DNA from: Zancudomyces culisetae HAW-14-8
Lineage: Eukaryota; Fungi; Kickxellomycota
Length of the DNA: 64,000 nucleotides
NCBI GenBank assembly: GCA_052426225.1
Contig: JBNJNM010000006.1
Span: 1,674,001-1,738,000 of the forward strand
Reading direction: 5' to 3'
Shown: piece by piece, positions 13,633-27,699 of the stretch
How the letters are laid out: each line of letters opens with the position of its first letter
How positions within the stretch are numbered: the stretch's first letter is position 1
Notes under the pieces: model-generated
Told to the model about the DNA's origin: nothing
What the model saw: the letters and a program-made list of their open reading frames with translations, nothing else
Databases searched by the model: none
Position numbers and translations under genes: made by a program

Positions 13633-16600
13633 ATGGATGAAGAGCTAGACAACTTACGGGATGAAAAGGAAACGCAAGGCAACAGCGATGAACAACAAAA
13701 CAGCGAGCAGCTTTCAGAAAAATCAAAGGAGCCTTTTTCACAAAGCACCTTGATTGAATCTACCTGTACCGAAAACGAGCACGAGAAACCAGTATATATT
13801 ACAAAAGATTTAGTTGAAAACTCACAAACTCTAAAAGTTGCGGGAGAAGGCAGTGTACAAATAGCAGACAGAAATAATTCTCATTTACAAGTAGGAGATG
13901 GGAAATCCACCCCCAAAACTGGAACAAGTAGTATTATTTTTCAATCTCGAGATCGGACCTCTGGGAATGCTCACGAGTACTCAAATATTTTTAAAATACA
14001 AGCTGGGGAAATGTATTCTGGAAGTAAATCTCCAACCAAGCTAGGCTCATTCTCTTCTCTGAATAATTCAAACTCCAAGGCACAAAAAAAAGAGACTAGA
14101 AAACGTGCCTCTGCGCCATATACGCAAGAGTGGGACGGTAAGTAATATGTCAAAACACTAAATAAACATGGCGGCTTTGTTTATGTTGAGTCAAAAAATA
14201 TACATATCACGTTGAAATTGACAACAATAATGACCAAATTACACCCCTGAACATGATGCTGTAGAAATCCAAAAATCAGGGGAAACTCTAGAGAGAGTGT
14301 CTAGTGGCGAAACGATACATGAAATGAACGAGGGTCCAGGTACGATCATTACCTTAAAAACCGGTTATCTCTTATTTTATAAATCACTATACCGATATAT
14401 GTGTATACAACTAATAGTTACTCAGTTGAACCCAATCAGTAATGGTAAGTCTGCCTCCGTAATGTCTGGTAAAGAGAAATATAGAGCCGATGCAGTAGAC
14501 ATTTCAAGAGCAGCTACCTTTACAAAATTCGATTCACTCAAAAGAAAGCGGACGGGGGGATCGGAGGAAAACTTGATCGAAAATGATGGGGTAAAGGTAT
14601 CAAAAACGGAAATGTATTTAGAACCTGATCATACTGATATTGACACGGCAAAAACAAGTCCTACTGGCACTGAGTACGGTGGTGGGAAAGTTGCTTCAAA
14701 AAACAGCAGCTGTATCTCGAAACCGATAATTTTTGAAAAGTCCACCGATAGCAATAAACGTGAAGACGAAAGTGTAGATGTACATGTAGATTTAGAGAGC
14801 GTAAAAAAAGAAAAAAAGGAAACCAAAGCGTCTCCCGAGCTGGGGGTTGAAAAGTACCTCAAGTGTCCAATATGTTTAGAACGGATAAAAGAGGCGTTTA
14901 TGACCATCTGCGGACATACATTTTGCTATGTTTGTATCAAAGATCACCTGGAGTTTGAAGATGATTGCCCATGTTGTCACACAGAAGTATCAGAAGAGCA
15001 GCTTTTTCCAAACTTTGCACTTAATCGGATTACGGAGGATATAGAGGTGTTTGCGTCCATGCGCGATATGAAACGTAACTATATTAGGAGCGGGGAGGAG
15101 CTAATTGATAATGTCGAAAAGATATTAAAATCTGGATTTTACTTGAGCAAGGAGCATGTAGAGTGCTTGCTAGAAATAGTTGGAAATAAATGGAGAGAAG
15201 TGGATGGTAAAACCACGGAGCTGCAAACACGACTAATGAGGTATTTTCTTATTTTGCTACAGAAAAGCAAGGAAAGAGAGCTCAAGGCAGTGAATTTGGA
15301 ACTGAAGTGTGTAGGAAACGATCTACAGTCACTATCGTCGCAAACCGATTTGATGAATACGGTAAAGCCCAAGGATGTGGCACAGGTACCAGCGAGCAAA
15401 TTGATTGATCAACTAGAGCTAGGACCCAACTCTACAGATGATTGTGGGGTTGGGCTAACAGATTTACAAAAAAAACGGATAATAGATCACTTTAATGATC
15501 TGAAAGATTTGTATTTTGGAACCAGAGGCCCTCCACCTGCGCTAACATCAAACAGAGCCAACTTATCAAATACACTTAACAGGATATCCAAACATACACA
15601 ATTTGTTCCTAAAGCTACGTTCAGGTACGGCGATAATTCTCTGGGCTCTGCGATTGTGGCTAGCATTGAATTTGATAAGGATAATGAAATTTTTGCGGTT
15701 GCTGGCGTTACTCGAAAAATCAAGCTTTATTCTTATGAAAAAGTGCTTCAGGATGCGGAGCAGTGGGCAACAATAACTAAGTACAGCAAAAACCGTGTTT
15801 CGTGGCTTCGAAAAAACCAGGAAATTCTCGAAAGTAATAACCATCTGTCTTATACGGATGAATTTTACCCATTCCAATCGGACATAAACAACGATGAATC
15901 AGCAGTTTCTTCACAGCATGAGAGCTTTAATGGCTATTCAACGCCAAAATCTGGATCATCTTCTGCAGACCACAGCGTAATATCGCCCATTTCATGTTCA
16001 CTTACGATTAGCAACCGATTTAAAATAAGCTGCCTTTCCTACAGCCCAGCAAAAAAGTCACAACTGGCTTGTTCAGATTACGAAGGTGTTGTGACTCTGT
16101 GGGATTGCCGCACTGGTACTTCTACAGCCCAGTACAATGAGCATGAAAAGCGTGCTTGGTCTGTTGATTTCTCGACTGTTGCACCAACACGGCTATGCAG
16201 TGGGGGTGACGATGGCAGGGTTAAAGTTTGGTCTACCACGTCTCGGTCTTCTGTACTAACTCTTGAAGGGAAGGCAAACGTGTGTTCTGTTAGATTTAGC
16301 CCATCTGATAGCAATCTGCTTGCTTTTGGTTCTGCAGATCACAACATTCATTGTTATGATCTACGACAGCCCAAGAATCCTCTGTATCTCCTTTCTGGGC
16401 ATAAGAAAGCTGTTTCATATGTAAGGTTTCTGTCAGACAATAGGGTAGTTTCTGCTTCGACAGACAACACTTTGAAACTGTGGGATCTGGCTTCTCAAAC
16501 TGACTTGCGAACATTTGTTGGCCACACCAACGAGAAGAACTTTGTCGGCCTAGCCATTTCTTCGTGTGGTGACGACTGGATTAGTTGTGGAAGCGAGAAT

Positions 16601-16804
16601 AATGTAGTTTATACATACAACAGCTCCCTATCAAAACCCGTACTTACTTATAACTTTGATGGTTTACAGCCTGAGGACAGATCCACTCGAACCACTGGTC
16701 CTGACAAGGACAATTTTGTCAGTGCTGTTTGTTGGAAGAGGGATTCTGACACCATGATTAGTGCCAACAGTACTGGTTTGGTTAGAATTTTGAAACTGTG
16801 TTGA
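13633..16804 (+). CDS. COP1: COP1/RFWD2-like E3 ubiquitin ligase (RING, coiled coil, WD40); probable introns 14138-14264 and 14340-14417
   Basis: RING CPIC...CGHTFCYVC...CPCC. COP1-type WD40 motifs IVASIEFDKD, SDYEGVVTLWD, EHEKRAWSVDFS, KANVCSV, GHKKAVSYV, GHTNEKNFVGL, FVSAVCW. Confidence 0.9.
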
Positions 16805-17199
16805 TTTTCGGCCTTCACTCACATCTTGCTGCTTTGGAGCATTTTTTAGCCGTGTATAACTTTGTTCGGTTACCACAGGCGGAGAGTGAGTATGTAAACC
16901 ACCATTCATCCCCACCACCATCACAACCGCATTTACCAATAGTATTTTTTTATTTGCAAGGCTTTTTTCAAGATACCAAACCTTGATTTGATCCAAGGGA
17001 TTTATTTCATAAACTAACTTTGGTTTTTTCTTGACGATTTTACACCACGGTTATCCACAAATGCATTTTAGAATATAAATGAATAATTATGATTAATGTG
17101 TAGCTGACAAACCGAGTTACAAAAACGGATTGCAATACAATAGTTACATTAAAAAAAACTATAATAAGTGTTAAATACTAAATACTGAATGCATATGTG

Positions 17200-18512
17200 C
17201 TAATATCTTTCGACGTCGTAACTCTGGTCCTGCTGAATTTTTTCCTTTTCTTTCGCTTTCCGCGCCTCTCTTTTCATCAGCCAAGTGAAAAATATTGTTG
17301 ACAACACCATGTAAATTCCCAGCCCAATCATAAAGTATATTTCGTTGCCCATTCCTTCGTTTTTTTTGCCTCCTGTATCATCCATGCCGGCATCGGCATG
17401 CTTTGTACCCATACTTCTGAGAAGTTGTACTAAAACAGATCCTAGATAAACATGGATGAGCAGTTTGGACAGCGCAAGTGCCGTGGCAACAAAAAATAAC
17501 CAAAATGCAATACTTGAGTAACCCAAAAGTAGATTAGTGAGGCTGTATGGATATGGTGCGAATCTGAACATCAAAAGAAGCTGTTCATTTAGTTTAATTA
17601 CATTGAATTTTAGTTAGTTTTTTATAAATTGCTTATTACTGTATTACATCACATATACGCGCTTTTAATGAAATAATTGGAAGTTATTGAAGTAATAGTT
17701 CTGCTACTTACCCAGAATCCCTTTTTTTCTGTCACTTTTACAAAGTCTTGTACCGTTGTGCTAGCCTCACTCAGCTTTTTAAAGTATCCTTTTTTGTACT
17801 TTCTCGCCAAAATAAAACAAGCTACGCCACCAAGCAGCGCACCAATATATGCAGGGGTGAATCCTTTGGGAAACCCATATATTACGCCTGAGAGAGAAAC
17901 AACCTTAGCATAGCCGATCATTGGGGGGAAAGAAAGAAGAAATATCACGCCTCCAACTAAAAAATAGCCCCTATTGAGATAAAAGTTCAAATAAATAAAT
18001 ATATATATGTGTGTGTGTTTCCTATATACCTACTCTCAAAGTAAACAGAACTATTCTTTTTGAACTTACCAAATATGTATTTTTTCAAACCAGGTAGACA
18101 TGCTGTCTAGAAACTCTACCACTTCATCTCTGTAAATGTACGTCAGAATAGAAAAAACCACAAAAACAAGAATGTAAATCACCACAGGCAATATATTTTT
18201 ATACCTGACCTTCTTTAGTTTTGAGAGAAACGACTGTTTGCTTTCTTGAGGGGCTTCGTAAGAGTGTTGATCACTGTGTACATCGGAATCAGTTTTTTTG
18301 TCTTTTTGGCACTCCTTAAGGTCTATAACCGTCAGTGTAATATCGTCATAGCTATCGGTGTTTGTAATATAACTATCATGGTGTCTATTTTTTCTGGTTA
18401 AGATCGAGGGTCTGCATGCAGCTTGTTCGGGTTCTATTACTTCTGGGGTTGGCTCGCGGGGCACCCTAAGTGATTTATGTTTTATTTTTTTGATGTAGTC
18501 CTCTGCATTCAT
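17200..18512 (-). CDS. TVP38: TVP38/TMEM64 (VTT/DedA, SNARE-associated Golgi) membrane protein; exons 18512-18070, 17970-17712, 17580-17200
   Basis: SFPPMIGY...GVIYGF.KG, GALLGG.ACF.LAR and RFAPYPYSLTN; GTAAG...AG introns give an in-frame join. Confidence 0.85.
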
Positions 18513-21500
18513 ATTGTATTGATTTATAATTAAAGAGCTAATAGCAAAGTGAGAAAAAACCATCAATAAAGTTAATAAACAATATGTTTGTAGATATATA
18601 CAACATGGTTCTGTGAAGATTGTTTGTTTCCCTCGCCTTTTTCTTGTATGATATATAAAGCTGTGATAATATTAATCAAAAGGTGCCAAGCGCCCTTAAT
18701 TTCCTTGAAACCTTATTCCTTACTTACATGACTCGGCCGCCAATTTTACTACAATAACTAGATATAAAAAAATACTGTGATACATTGTGGTGGCTATAAT
18801 AAAAAATGAATGGGTATTGGATAACTTGTAAAAGAGACCTGATATTAGCTTCACAGCGCAAGCGAGGATTGGCTCAACCGTTTACATTATTGAGATTGTG
18901 TTTTTCTTTATATTGTGGATTGTCTAGTTTTGGGCTTTCTATTTACTTTTGTTTCATTTTATTTTTTAGGATTGCAGACTTCTTTGTGTGTGAAGAACAG
19001 CTTGAAGGTTTTTGTGCAAGCGGTTTAGGAATTCCCATACAATTGGAATAGGCTTTTTTTCTAGGGACAATACTGGCATTTAAGCTTTAGAAGAGAAGTT
19101 TCTGCCGACAGTAGTAGTAATACTAGCACTGCTGTCAATAGAAATAATAGTTGTAATAGTAGTTAGAGGGTGGTAATTACATAGTACAGTATGTATGTGA
19201 ATATTTTCTTGAAAAAAAAGTATCTACGAGTAAGTGTCAAGTCAACTATTTCAACCACCTAGCAGTATTTTCATACTTTTCATTTCCCCTGTGAGCTTGT
19301 TGATAGCACTGAATAATGTAGCGAGAAAAAAAAACATCATTATTTAATACCGTGTGGGTCCACAAAGACCTTTTACTGTGGTTTCTAGAATCCAGTGCTG
19401 TCCAATATAAGAGTAGCGCAATTGAAAATGAAATAGTAAAGCCTGTTGTTACTGATATACCTACCCTTTTTCTTTTTTCCACTCATTCTGTGAATATATA
19501 TGCCACACCAAATATTAATCTGTATGCTTATATTTATTTTGGAGCTATTATTCAGTTCAATATACTTTAAAATCTACTCAAGTCGTAAATTCCTTAAAAA
19601 TAGGCTTTGTAAGTCTTAATGTATCCAGGGAGAATGCAGATGTAGTGATATAGCTGGACACCTAGTATTTACCTAGGAATATCATGCTTACATATTTACA
19701 TACATACACGCTTTAATTACCACCCTACATGTCTGTTTTTAAACGTTAAAAACTTTAGAAAAAGAACAAGGATACAATCTCGTAGAATGGTCTAAAATTT
19801 GATGTTGAAATCAGCATAGGGCAATTGCCAAATGGGTAGAAACGTGCTTTAAAAAAAGAGAAATCTGCGCAGTATGGTAGATTACATGCATTCTTTATAA
19901 ACGTATGTGGAATTATGTTACGAGTGGGAATTATGAACTGACAAGTTCTTTTTAGTAAAGGATGGGGGAAAGGTCATAGCAGCACGAGTTTGGAAGTTTT
20001 ATTGAAATTGTTGCTATTCTGATCATGATTATAAAATACATACATTCAAAGCTGTTTTTAGAATTGAAAAAGAGCAGTTGGAGGGTTCATCTGAATAAGG
20101 GTCTTTAGAAGCATTCAAATCAAAGTAGCATGTATCCCAAATCCATATTCCAGCAAAGGGAATAGCTATCTACACTTTCACAGAGGTTTATTGTTCTTTT
20201 TTTCTTGTGGATCAGACGATTTTTGAATCTTCATGTTCAAAATAGTCACAATAATAGGCGTGTTGGTCTTACGTAATTTGTGCATTATTTATAGATAGCA
20301 AAAGCAAAAATGGAGAAAAAACCGAGATGTATCTGTGCAACACAACCAGAATTTAATATTACTAGTATGAGCTGAAACAAATCGTGTTCATCTCTATCTT
20401 TGAACACAAAATGATAGCACTGTGAGGAATGAGCTGTCTAATTATAAAATAAAATCCGCGTAGTTGTGTGTTAATGTTATCACATTTGCGTAAAGTTGAT
20501 TTTTTGGAGGGTCTTGAACTTCTAGAATAATGAGAACAACAGGAAAAGAGTTGGCACTAGCAGACCCATTGGAAGGGCTCTAGTTCCACAAGACATTATT
20601 TTTTAGGCAAAAATTGCGTAAATGTCAATAAATTTCCTTATGAATGGTCATGCTTTGTGCGAAGGGCCCTTTTTGTTAGTAAGGTTTATCAGAGGGTTGC
20701 CAGCATAGCTAGTGTTAGACATAATGAATTTCATGTAGTTAGTTAACAAAGTTGTTTCGGAGTGTTACTATGAGATCACTTTTTGGAGAGGTGGGGGTAT
20801 ATTTCGTCATATTAAAGTAATGCACTTTCAAATAGAGTGATTTGTGTAGAAAAAACGAGATTTGTAGTCGAAAAATAGGGGGTGGGGGGGTGAAACATTC
20901 GGGAATTGAGTGAAGACAGAATAAACAAGTGTGATATTGGGTATATAGCACATTTTTATTACTAACTGTGCGTTTTTAGGTGCTTCGTTACAGGTGGAAA
21001 AAGGAATGCAGATATTGTGCACATCCTTTCGAATATAACGTGATTTTTTTTAACACCAATCTTCCATTTAAAAAAAAAGGTCAAAGTTTTGGGTTATCAC
21101 CATTCACTTTTGGGGCTTATGAGGTAGGCAACTTTGTAAAAAAGCTCTTATCAAGTGAGTTTAGTCAGAGATAGAAAAAAACGTAAAATTAGAGAAAAAA
21201 CGTGAAATGTGTATTGGTGATCCTGTGGCTGAGCCGATATGGATGTTTTTAAAAGCAACCGTAACATGATTTAAAAACATGGCCTTAAAAAAAAGGTCTT
21301 ACGATGCAAACCAGGATAGTTAGTCTGAGTGGGAATATCGGCAGTTGGAAAAACAAATCATTTGAGTTGACGTGAGAATACGAACAAGACTGCATGTTGG
21401 GTTAAACGGACGCATTTACAGAAACAAGGAATTCCTATGTTTTCTGACCATTTTATTATCATTAAAGAGGTGGTATGTTTGTACATTGGTCATTAACTAT

Positions 21501-22430
21501 AAACCAACAACCACGTTTATGAAGGCGAGAAGAGTGGTACTGAAAAATATCAGACGGACAAATTAAAAAAAAAGCCGGATGAAACCTGACATCGCAACAA
21601 GTACAAACAGGTCTTTTATTTCTGGAGTGGTGAAAAGTTCCAAAAAAAATAATACAGCTATAGTCACATCTTTGAAAGGACGATATTAATACTGATCAAA
21701 TAAAGAGTAGGTGTTTTTCTAGTCGAGAATGCGAATATTCTGCATTAACATCAATTCAATATCCATGACAATGTGTATTATCTGCTTTAGTATAACATTG
21801 GGTAAAAATCTGGGTAAAGGATAAACATGTTGAGAAATGAGCGATTGAAAAATGAGATTTAATAGATTAGGAGCAGAGAGAAAAATGCTGGCCATTTTTC
21901 GCAACAAAATCTAGTTTATTGCATATACTCACACTGGTAAAGAAAAGATTTCCTTGAGATTATGTAAAGAGGGAAAATACCTATGTATGGCTGGAGCAAA
22001 GGTTTTGACTTTATGTTAACACTACCAGTTTGTTCGCTTGCACATTTACTTTACAAGCATTCTACACCAAACAAGCAAAAAAAAAAGACTAGCTGATGGG
22101 ATGTCATATGATTTAATTGTAAAACAAGCCCAATAACTATATCTGGTAAATCCTTAAGGGGAATGAGAAAGTGAAAGAATGCATGTATTTTTTTCACAAT
22201 AGCTAGATTTATTGTTGTTAGAACTGCTAGAATCAATAAAAAAAAATATACGGAGCTTTTGCTGATGAGAACTATATAGAATTCAACAGATCAACAAAAC
22301 TAGCAAAATAGGGGCGAACGCGTTCTAGTTGGTTGATATGTGTATAGCTATAAAAAAACAAGGGGTAATCGGTGTATAATAAAAATCTCCACAAAGCGAC
22401 TGGAAAAATAGGGAGTGTGAGGTGGATGGT

Positions 22431-22475
22431 GGGAGTGGGTGGGAGGGGGTGGGAGTGGGTGGGAGGGGGTGGGGG
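22431..22475 (+). repeat. G-rich tandem repeat (GGGAGTGGGTGGGAGGGGGT x2), G-quadruplex-forming motif
   Basis: Nine runs of at least 3 G with 1-3 nt loops. Confidence 0.75.
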
Positions 22476-25206
22476 TGAGTTGATTGCAAAACAAAACATA
22501 AATATTTGGATATGAGCCACTCGTCAAAATATTTTGGAAACTTGATGAAGGGGGCAGAATTTATTTGGCAATGGCAACGACTAGAACACTGGGCATTGAA
22601 ACTGAACGTATCAGATAAATGTCCCACTATATTGTTAATCCAGATAGAAAAAGGCACTTTTGGTTGCACAAAAATATAAACATGAGTGGAGAAGTAAAAT
22701 GTGTGTAATAGGATAGGGGAAATGTGGTTGTGTTCTAGGAGGCCGAAACCAGCTGTCTAGAGTCCAGCAGTAACACCATTCTGAGTTTGCAACATAAAAC
22801 GTAGAAAAATGAATGTTCTAAAAAGAAACATATAGAGAAGGAGGAAGGGGAGGTGAGGTGAGGTGAGGGGGAGGGGAGGCAGAGTCACAAGTTTACAAAG
22901 CGACTGACTTGGTTCATTACTCAAAAAAAATAATAGAACCCAAAAAAAATCGTTGCAATGAAGGAGGGGGAGATAGTGAATGGGTCGGTAAGTGGGTGAC
23001 AGAACGTCAGTTGCTACCAAGAAAAATTGAAACGGTGTTATCGTTGTAGTTGTAAAATACCAAGAAAATAGAAATGCACAAAACTTGAACGATTATATAA
23101 GCATTAAAGTTAATTTCGACTGGGTATTAGCTAATAAAAAGCATGACAATTGCGACTGAGTTTCCGTAAGAAAAGACAAAAATAACGTTTGCAATGTGCC
23201 GTTTACATTGTGTTCATTTTTGTGATTTTCATGTAAAACCAAAATAGGGCATTAAGAAAAGCGTTTGCATCTTAATTGAACATGCATTAATTAAAATTGG
23301 TGCCAACAATTAAACGAAAAAAAGAAAGCTAGAAACTTATTAGCGGAATTGGAAAAGAAAATTGGGAAATGACCTCTGAGCAAAATGATTGGCTGGCGGT
23401 TTTATTAATAGTTATGTAAATTGAAATTGTAATGAGATAGGGAACAAAAATCCCTATTGCAACGAATGAGCAGCGAGGCTTATTTTATTTGTTTCAACGT
23501 TTATTACGGTAAAAAGGCAATTGGCATTATTCTGTCATTAACAAAATAAAACAGAAATAGAGAAAAATAAACTAAAAAAAGCAATAATGAGGAATTTAGC
23601 GAAACCAAAAAATTGAGCCATTAAACGTCCTTGAAAAAAATTTAAGCATTATTTTTCTACAGAATCTTTATAAAAACAAAAGAATTAGACGTTTGAAATA
23701 AATCTTTGTAACAGTTTTAGATTTTTGAATTTTTTGAACTGATCATTCTTGCGAGGAAAGCATAGGCTAAATAAGTTTGTTTTATATTTTGAATAAAGAG
23801 CGACTCATTAGTACTTTACCGTGCTGATAGGCAACAGCTTGTTTTAGGAACAACAAAGAAAAAGCGAGGTACTAAGGGCTGCTTTGATAGGAAAATTCAA
23901 CTGCATCGAAACTTGAGAAACAGGGAAAGATAGTCAGGTTATAAGCAACAATATAAATAGAACAGCTATTGCTGCGGATTCTTGAAGAATATATTCAGGC
24001 AGCATATACATATATATATATAAATATATATAGGTAAAAACCCATAAAGGAGTGAAATATTATTATACTCAACATTTAACAAGCGATAAGCAGACTTTTA
24101 ACCCAACATTGTAGCAACAGCGTATTATTAAGATGTACTAATTTTGAAAAGATTAAATAACTCTGGAATATTGGTTTTTTTCTCAACCCAATGCTCAAGA
24201 AACTAAAGTGTAAGCATTTCAGATAACTGAGATTCAAAGCTAACGAATTAACTTACACGTACTAAATTTTATATGAACCAGCAATGTGCGTATCAACCTA
24301 GATGAGTAACAGCAAAAAAAAAGCTTTGTCAACTACGCCTTTACAACACGCAGTTTGTCAATCAAAGAGCAATAAATAAAATATATAGTATAACAAATTT
24401 TTTTTGAATTTCGGAAAGAAAGCCAAAAGAAAGGGAAAGAGTATTTATATGTTAAAACAGAACCGGTTTAGATCTCCCCAGAAAAACTTTTGAAGTGATA
24501 AGAAGGTGCAATTACTAGTACAAGCGTTAAAGTAATTAGAATAGAAAACAATACAACAAACAAAAAAAACTAAAAAAAATATAAATCAAACAAGATAACT
24601 TAGGAAAAAAAAACATTTACCTTATTTAAAAAAAAATCTAAAAAAAGAAAAACAAGAAAAAAAAACCAGATAATCAATTTGCACGCGGCTAGAAAGAGCA
24701 AGAAAGTTAGTATACAAAGATATAAAAATACGCAAACGTACTATATAATTGAGAAAAGGCAATACAAACGGAATCAAGGAGAGATAACTTTTTGTAAAAC
24801 AGAGGAATTGTATTATTAAGAGATAGTAATCATCAATAACGATTTGACGTGCCGAAAAGCATAGTATTGTATTTTTGAGGATTAGGACACAACTAGAATC
24901 CTAATTTTATTTAATCAGGTGAACTTCAACACTGTAGCTGTAGAACTAGTGCTTGAACAAGAGAATATTATATTGTATTACTAACCGACAATCTTGGTAG
25001 AGCAATTATAAAAGAACTGAAGTGTACAAGTTTGGTAGAAAATATTTCTTGAACGCCAGAATAGTACTTAAATCTTATTGTGGTGTTATCATCTTGGTAT
25101 TTGCAAACACAGTTTAAAGTACCAGAAAGAAGAAAAAAAGATAGAAGATAAATTTTGTTTGAAAAGCCAAAAAAAAAGGTATAGTCCAGACAGATAAAGA
25201 AAAAAC

Positions 25207-27699
25207 ATGTTGGCATATCAAACAGGATACTTGGAAGTTGAAAACGGATCCAGTCAGAAAGTGGGACACAGAAACATGTGTAAAACCGGAATCAACATGA
25301 ACCAAGACGGCAAAATAGGAGTAAGGGTAGGTAAAGATGTAGGATTCGTTGGTAACAGAGGGGAAGAGAAGCCGAGAGATTATTTTCTAAGGGCAGAGAA
25401 TAAGGGATACAACGAGACGAAGCCCGATAGGAAGGTGTCAGGTGGAACAGGGAATTTTTATCAGTCAAAGAACACAAGTGTTGTCCAGCTTCAAGACAGC
25501 GTGATAGGAGTATTTGGGCAGAAGCCAAAGAAGCACAGAAACAGAGCCGGTCCAAAAAGCTGGATGCCGCAAGGATTTTGGCAAGGTAAAGAAGGAGGAG
25601 CGGGCAGAGGGATCGACAAGAACTGGAGAGACAGACGCGATAGAAACGAGGAGGAAGGGAGGATGGAATTGGATAATGAAGAGATATTCCAGATTCCAGG
25701 ATATGTGAACAAGGAAACGCTTCCATTTGCAGTAGGAGAAATTGTTGTGAATCCAGAAACAGGTACACAGTATAAGTTGCTAAATGTATTGGGTGAGGGT
25801 ACGTACGCGGTTGTGTACTTGGTGCGTGAAGAGGGAGTAGGAGCAGGAGGTAAAGTGTATGCATTGAAGTGTTTGTCGTGCAAAGATTTGACGGAGAAAC
25901 AGAAACACATGCAGGACAATGAGGTGCGATTGCAGAAGCAGGTTTCGGGACATCGAGGAATCGTTACATTGTATTCCAGTTTTAAGTACAGGGACTGGTT
26001 GTTCTTTTTGATGGAACGAGTTACGGGACCAGATCTTTACGACTATATTACACAACACCCCAACTTTGGATTGGCAGATAGAGATGAATACCACTTTTCC
26101 GAAGCATTGAGATTATTTGAACAGATGCTTGAATCGGTGAGTTATCTACACAGTCATGGAATATATCATCGCGACCTCAAGCCAGAGAACTTTATAATGG
26201 ATACCAATGGAGACCTTAAGTTGACTGATTTTGGGCTAGCTACAACTTTGAGAACCTCGGTCAATTTTGAATGTGGTAGTCGGTCGTATATGAGCTACGA
26301 AAATAGAAACGGAGGACTGAACGCGGATGACGACACAGTTTATGGACCCAACCAGGAGTATTCGCCAAGACTTAGTGATGTGTGGGCCTTGGGTGTGTTG
26401 TTTTTGAATTTGTTGTTTGCAGACTCACCATGGCAAGATCCTTGTGTTGATTCATGCTTTAAGTTTTGCGATTTTCTGCGCGACGGATCTCGGTATTTGC
26501 AGATTCGCTACCCAAAAATTCCCAGAAAAATAGCAGACTACCTGTCAAACAACATCTTCTGTCCCGAACGAAACCGTAGCAGCGTTCTTGACTTCAAGCT
26601 ATGGATAGCTGATCTTCGAGCATCAATGAATCCATCTTCAAGAAAACCTGCTGTTTCAAACTCTTGGAAGGTTTTTGGAAGCCATAAAAAACACAATGGC
26701 CACAAACACAAGAAACATCAGAGACTACCTGAGCCCGAACGAGGCCATCCTGTCGAAATCCACATCATTTCTCCCAAAAAGTACTCCTCCTCCCCCCACT
26801 CAAATCTCTATTCTGGATTTCCTGTTCCTGTTGCTGCTTCTTCTCATGCTCACTCAAGATCCATTCAGATCAACCCTTCCAGCCGTTCTGGCACCTCATC
26901 ATTTGGCTTCCCACAAAACCCAATCATCAAATCGAACTCTCCCCCCGTCTCTGCCTTGTCCTCCTCTGTTCCTGCTCACGTTCACAGCAAAATCATGCCT
27001 GTGCCAAGACCTCCTGCCCTCCTTGCCGAGACTGGTCGATCTAACAAGCCTGCTGCCATCCTTTCATCTCATAAGAACATCTCTACCACTTCACCCCCTG
27101 ATTCCTTCTCCAACGACTGTGACTCTACTCTCAAACCCACTTCCTTTAGCTCTGGCATTCCAATCAACTCTTCAGCTGCTCCTCAACCCAGACCTTTCAT
27201 CAACGCTCACGCTCACTCTGATGTTGCCTTGAAGTCCCTGGCTTCTAGTGTAGGTGGCGGCGTCAATCTTATGGGTGGTGTAGTTGGCTTTGCAAGAATT
27301 CGTGAGGCTTCTGCCTCTAGAAGCTACGGTTCCAGCTCCACTGCTTCGTTCCTGGGCTCCAGCTCAAAACACCGTGCCTCCAATGGTTCTTTGTTCCCTA
27401 CAAACAACCTGCACTCTAATGGCTCTTACTCTACAAAACTTCAACTCTCCACCATAGCTGCTTCTACTGTCAATAGTAGCACTGATTCATTGGTTGAAAA
27501 TTTGCCCAACACGCTTAATTTAGCTATGAACATCCCGAATGACCATTCACTTCGAAACCTGCCTTCTAATTTATCCAAACAATCTCCAATAAAGGACACC
27601 CGCATTCTACATCCTGCTGATGATTTGTTTGCAATGAAGCTTGTTTCTCTGAACTCTAACTCTTCCGTCGATTCTCTTGATATTTTTGACATGGAATAA
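25207..27699 (+). CDS. Ser/Thr protein kinase, Ran1/Pat1 (Sks1/Vhs1/Ksp1)-like, with long Ser-rich tail
   Basis: LGEGTYAVV, YALKCL, HRDLKPEN, DFG, CGSRSYMSYE, DVWALG. Confidence 0.88.
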   Translation: MLAYQTGYLEVENGSSQKVGHRNMCKTGINMNQDGKIGVRVGKDVGFVGNRGEEKPRDYFLRAENKGYNETKPDRKVSGGTGNFYQSKNTSVVQLQDSVIGVFGQKPKKHRNRAGPKSWMPQGFWQGKEGGAGRGIDKNWRDRRDRNEEEGRMELDNEEIFQIPGYVNKETLPFAVGEIVVNPETGTQYKLLNVLGEGTYAVVYLVREEGVGAGGKVYALKCLSCKDLTEKQKHMQDNEVRLQKQVSGHRGIVTLYSSFKYRDWLFFLMERVTGPDLYDYITQHPNFGLADRDEYHFSEALRLFEQMLESVSYLHSHGIYHRDLKPENFIMDTNGDLKLTDFGLATTLRTSVNFECGSRSYMSYENRNGGLNADDDTVYGPNQEYSPRLSDVWALGVLFLNLLFADSPWQDPCVDSCFKFCDFLRDGSRYLQIRYPKIPRKIADYLSNNIFCPERNRSSVLDFKLWIADLRASMNPSSRKPAVSNSWKVFGSHKKHNGHKHKKHQRLPEPERGHPVEIHIISPKKYSSSPHSNLYSGFPVPVAASSHAHSRSIQINPSSRSGTSSFGFPQNPIIKSNSPPVSALSSSVPAHVHSKIMPVPRPPALLAETGRSNKPAAILSSHKNISTTSPPDSFSNDCDSTLKPTSFSSGIPINSSAAPQPRPFINAHAHSDVALKSLASSVGGGVNLMGGVVGFARIREASASRSYGSSSTASFLGSSSKHRASNGSLFPTNNLHSNGSYSTKLQLSTIAASTVNSSTDSLVENLPNTLNLAMNIPNDHSLRNLPSNLSKQSPIKDTRILHPADDLFAMKLVSLNSNSSVDSLDIFDME

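Noticed and set aside
18806-23020. Short ORFs in the long intergenic region
   Set aside because: Low complexity, often non-ATG starts, no domains.
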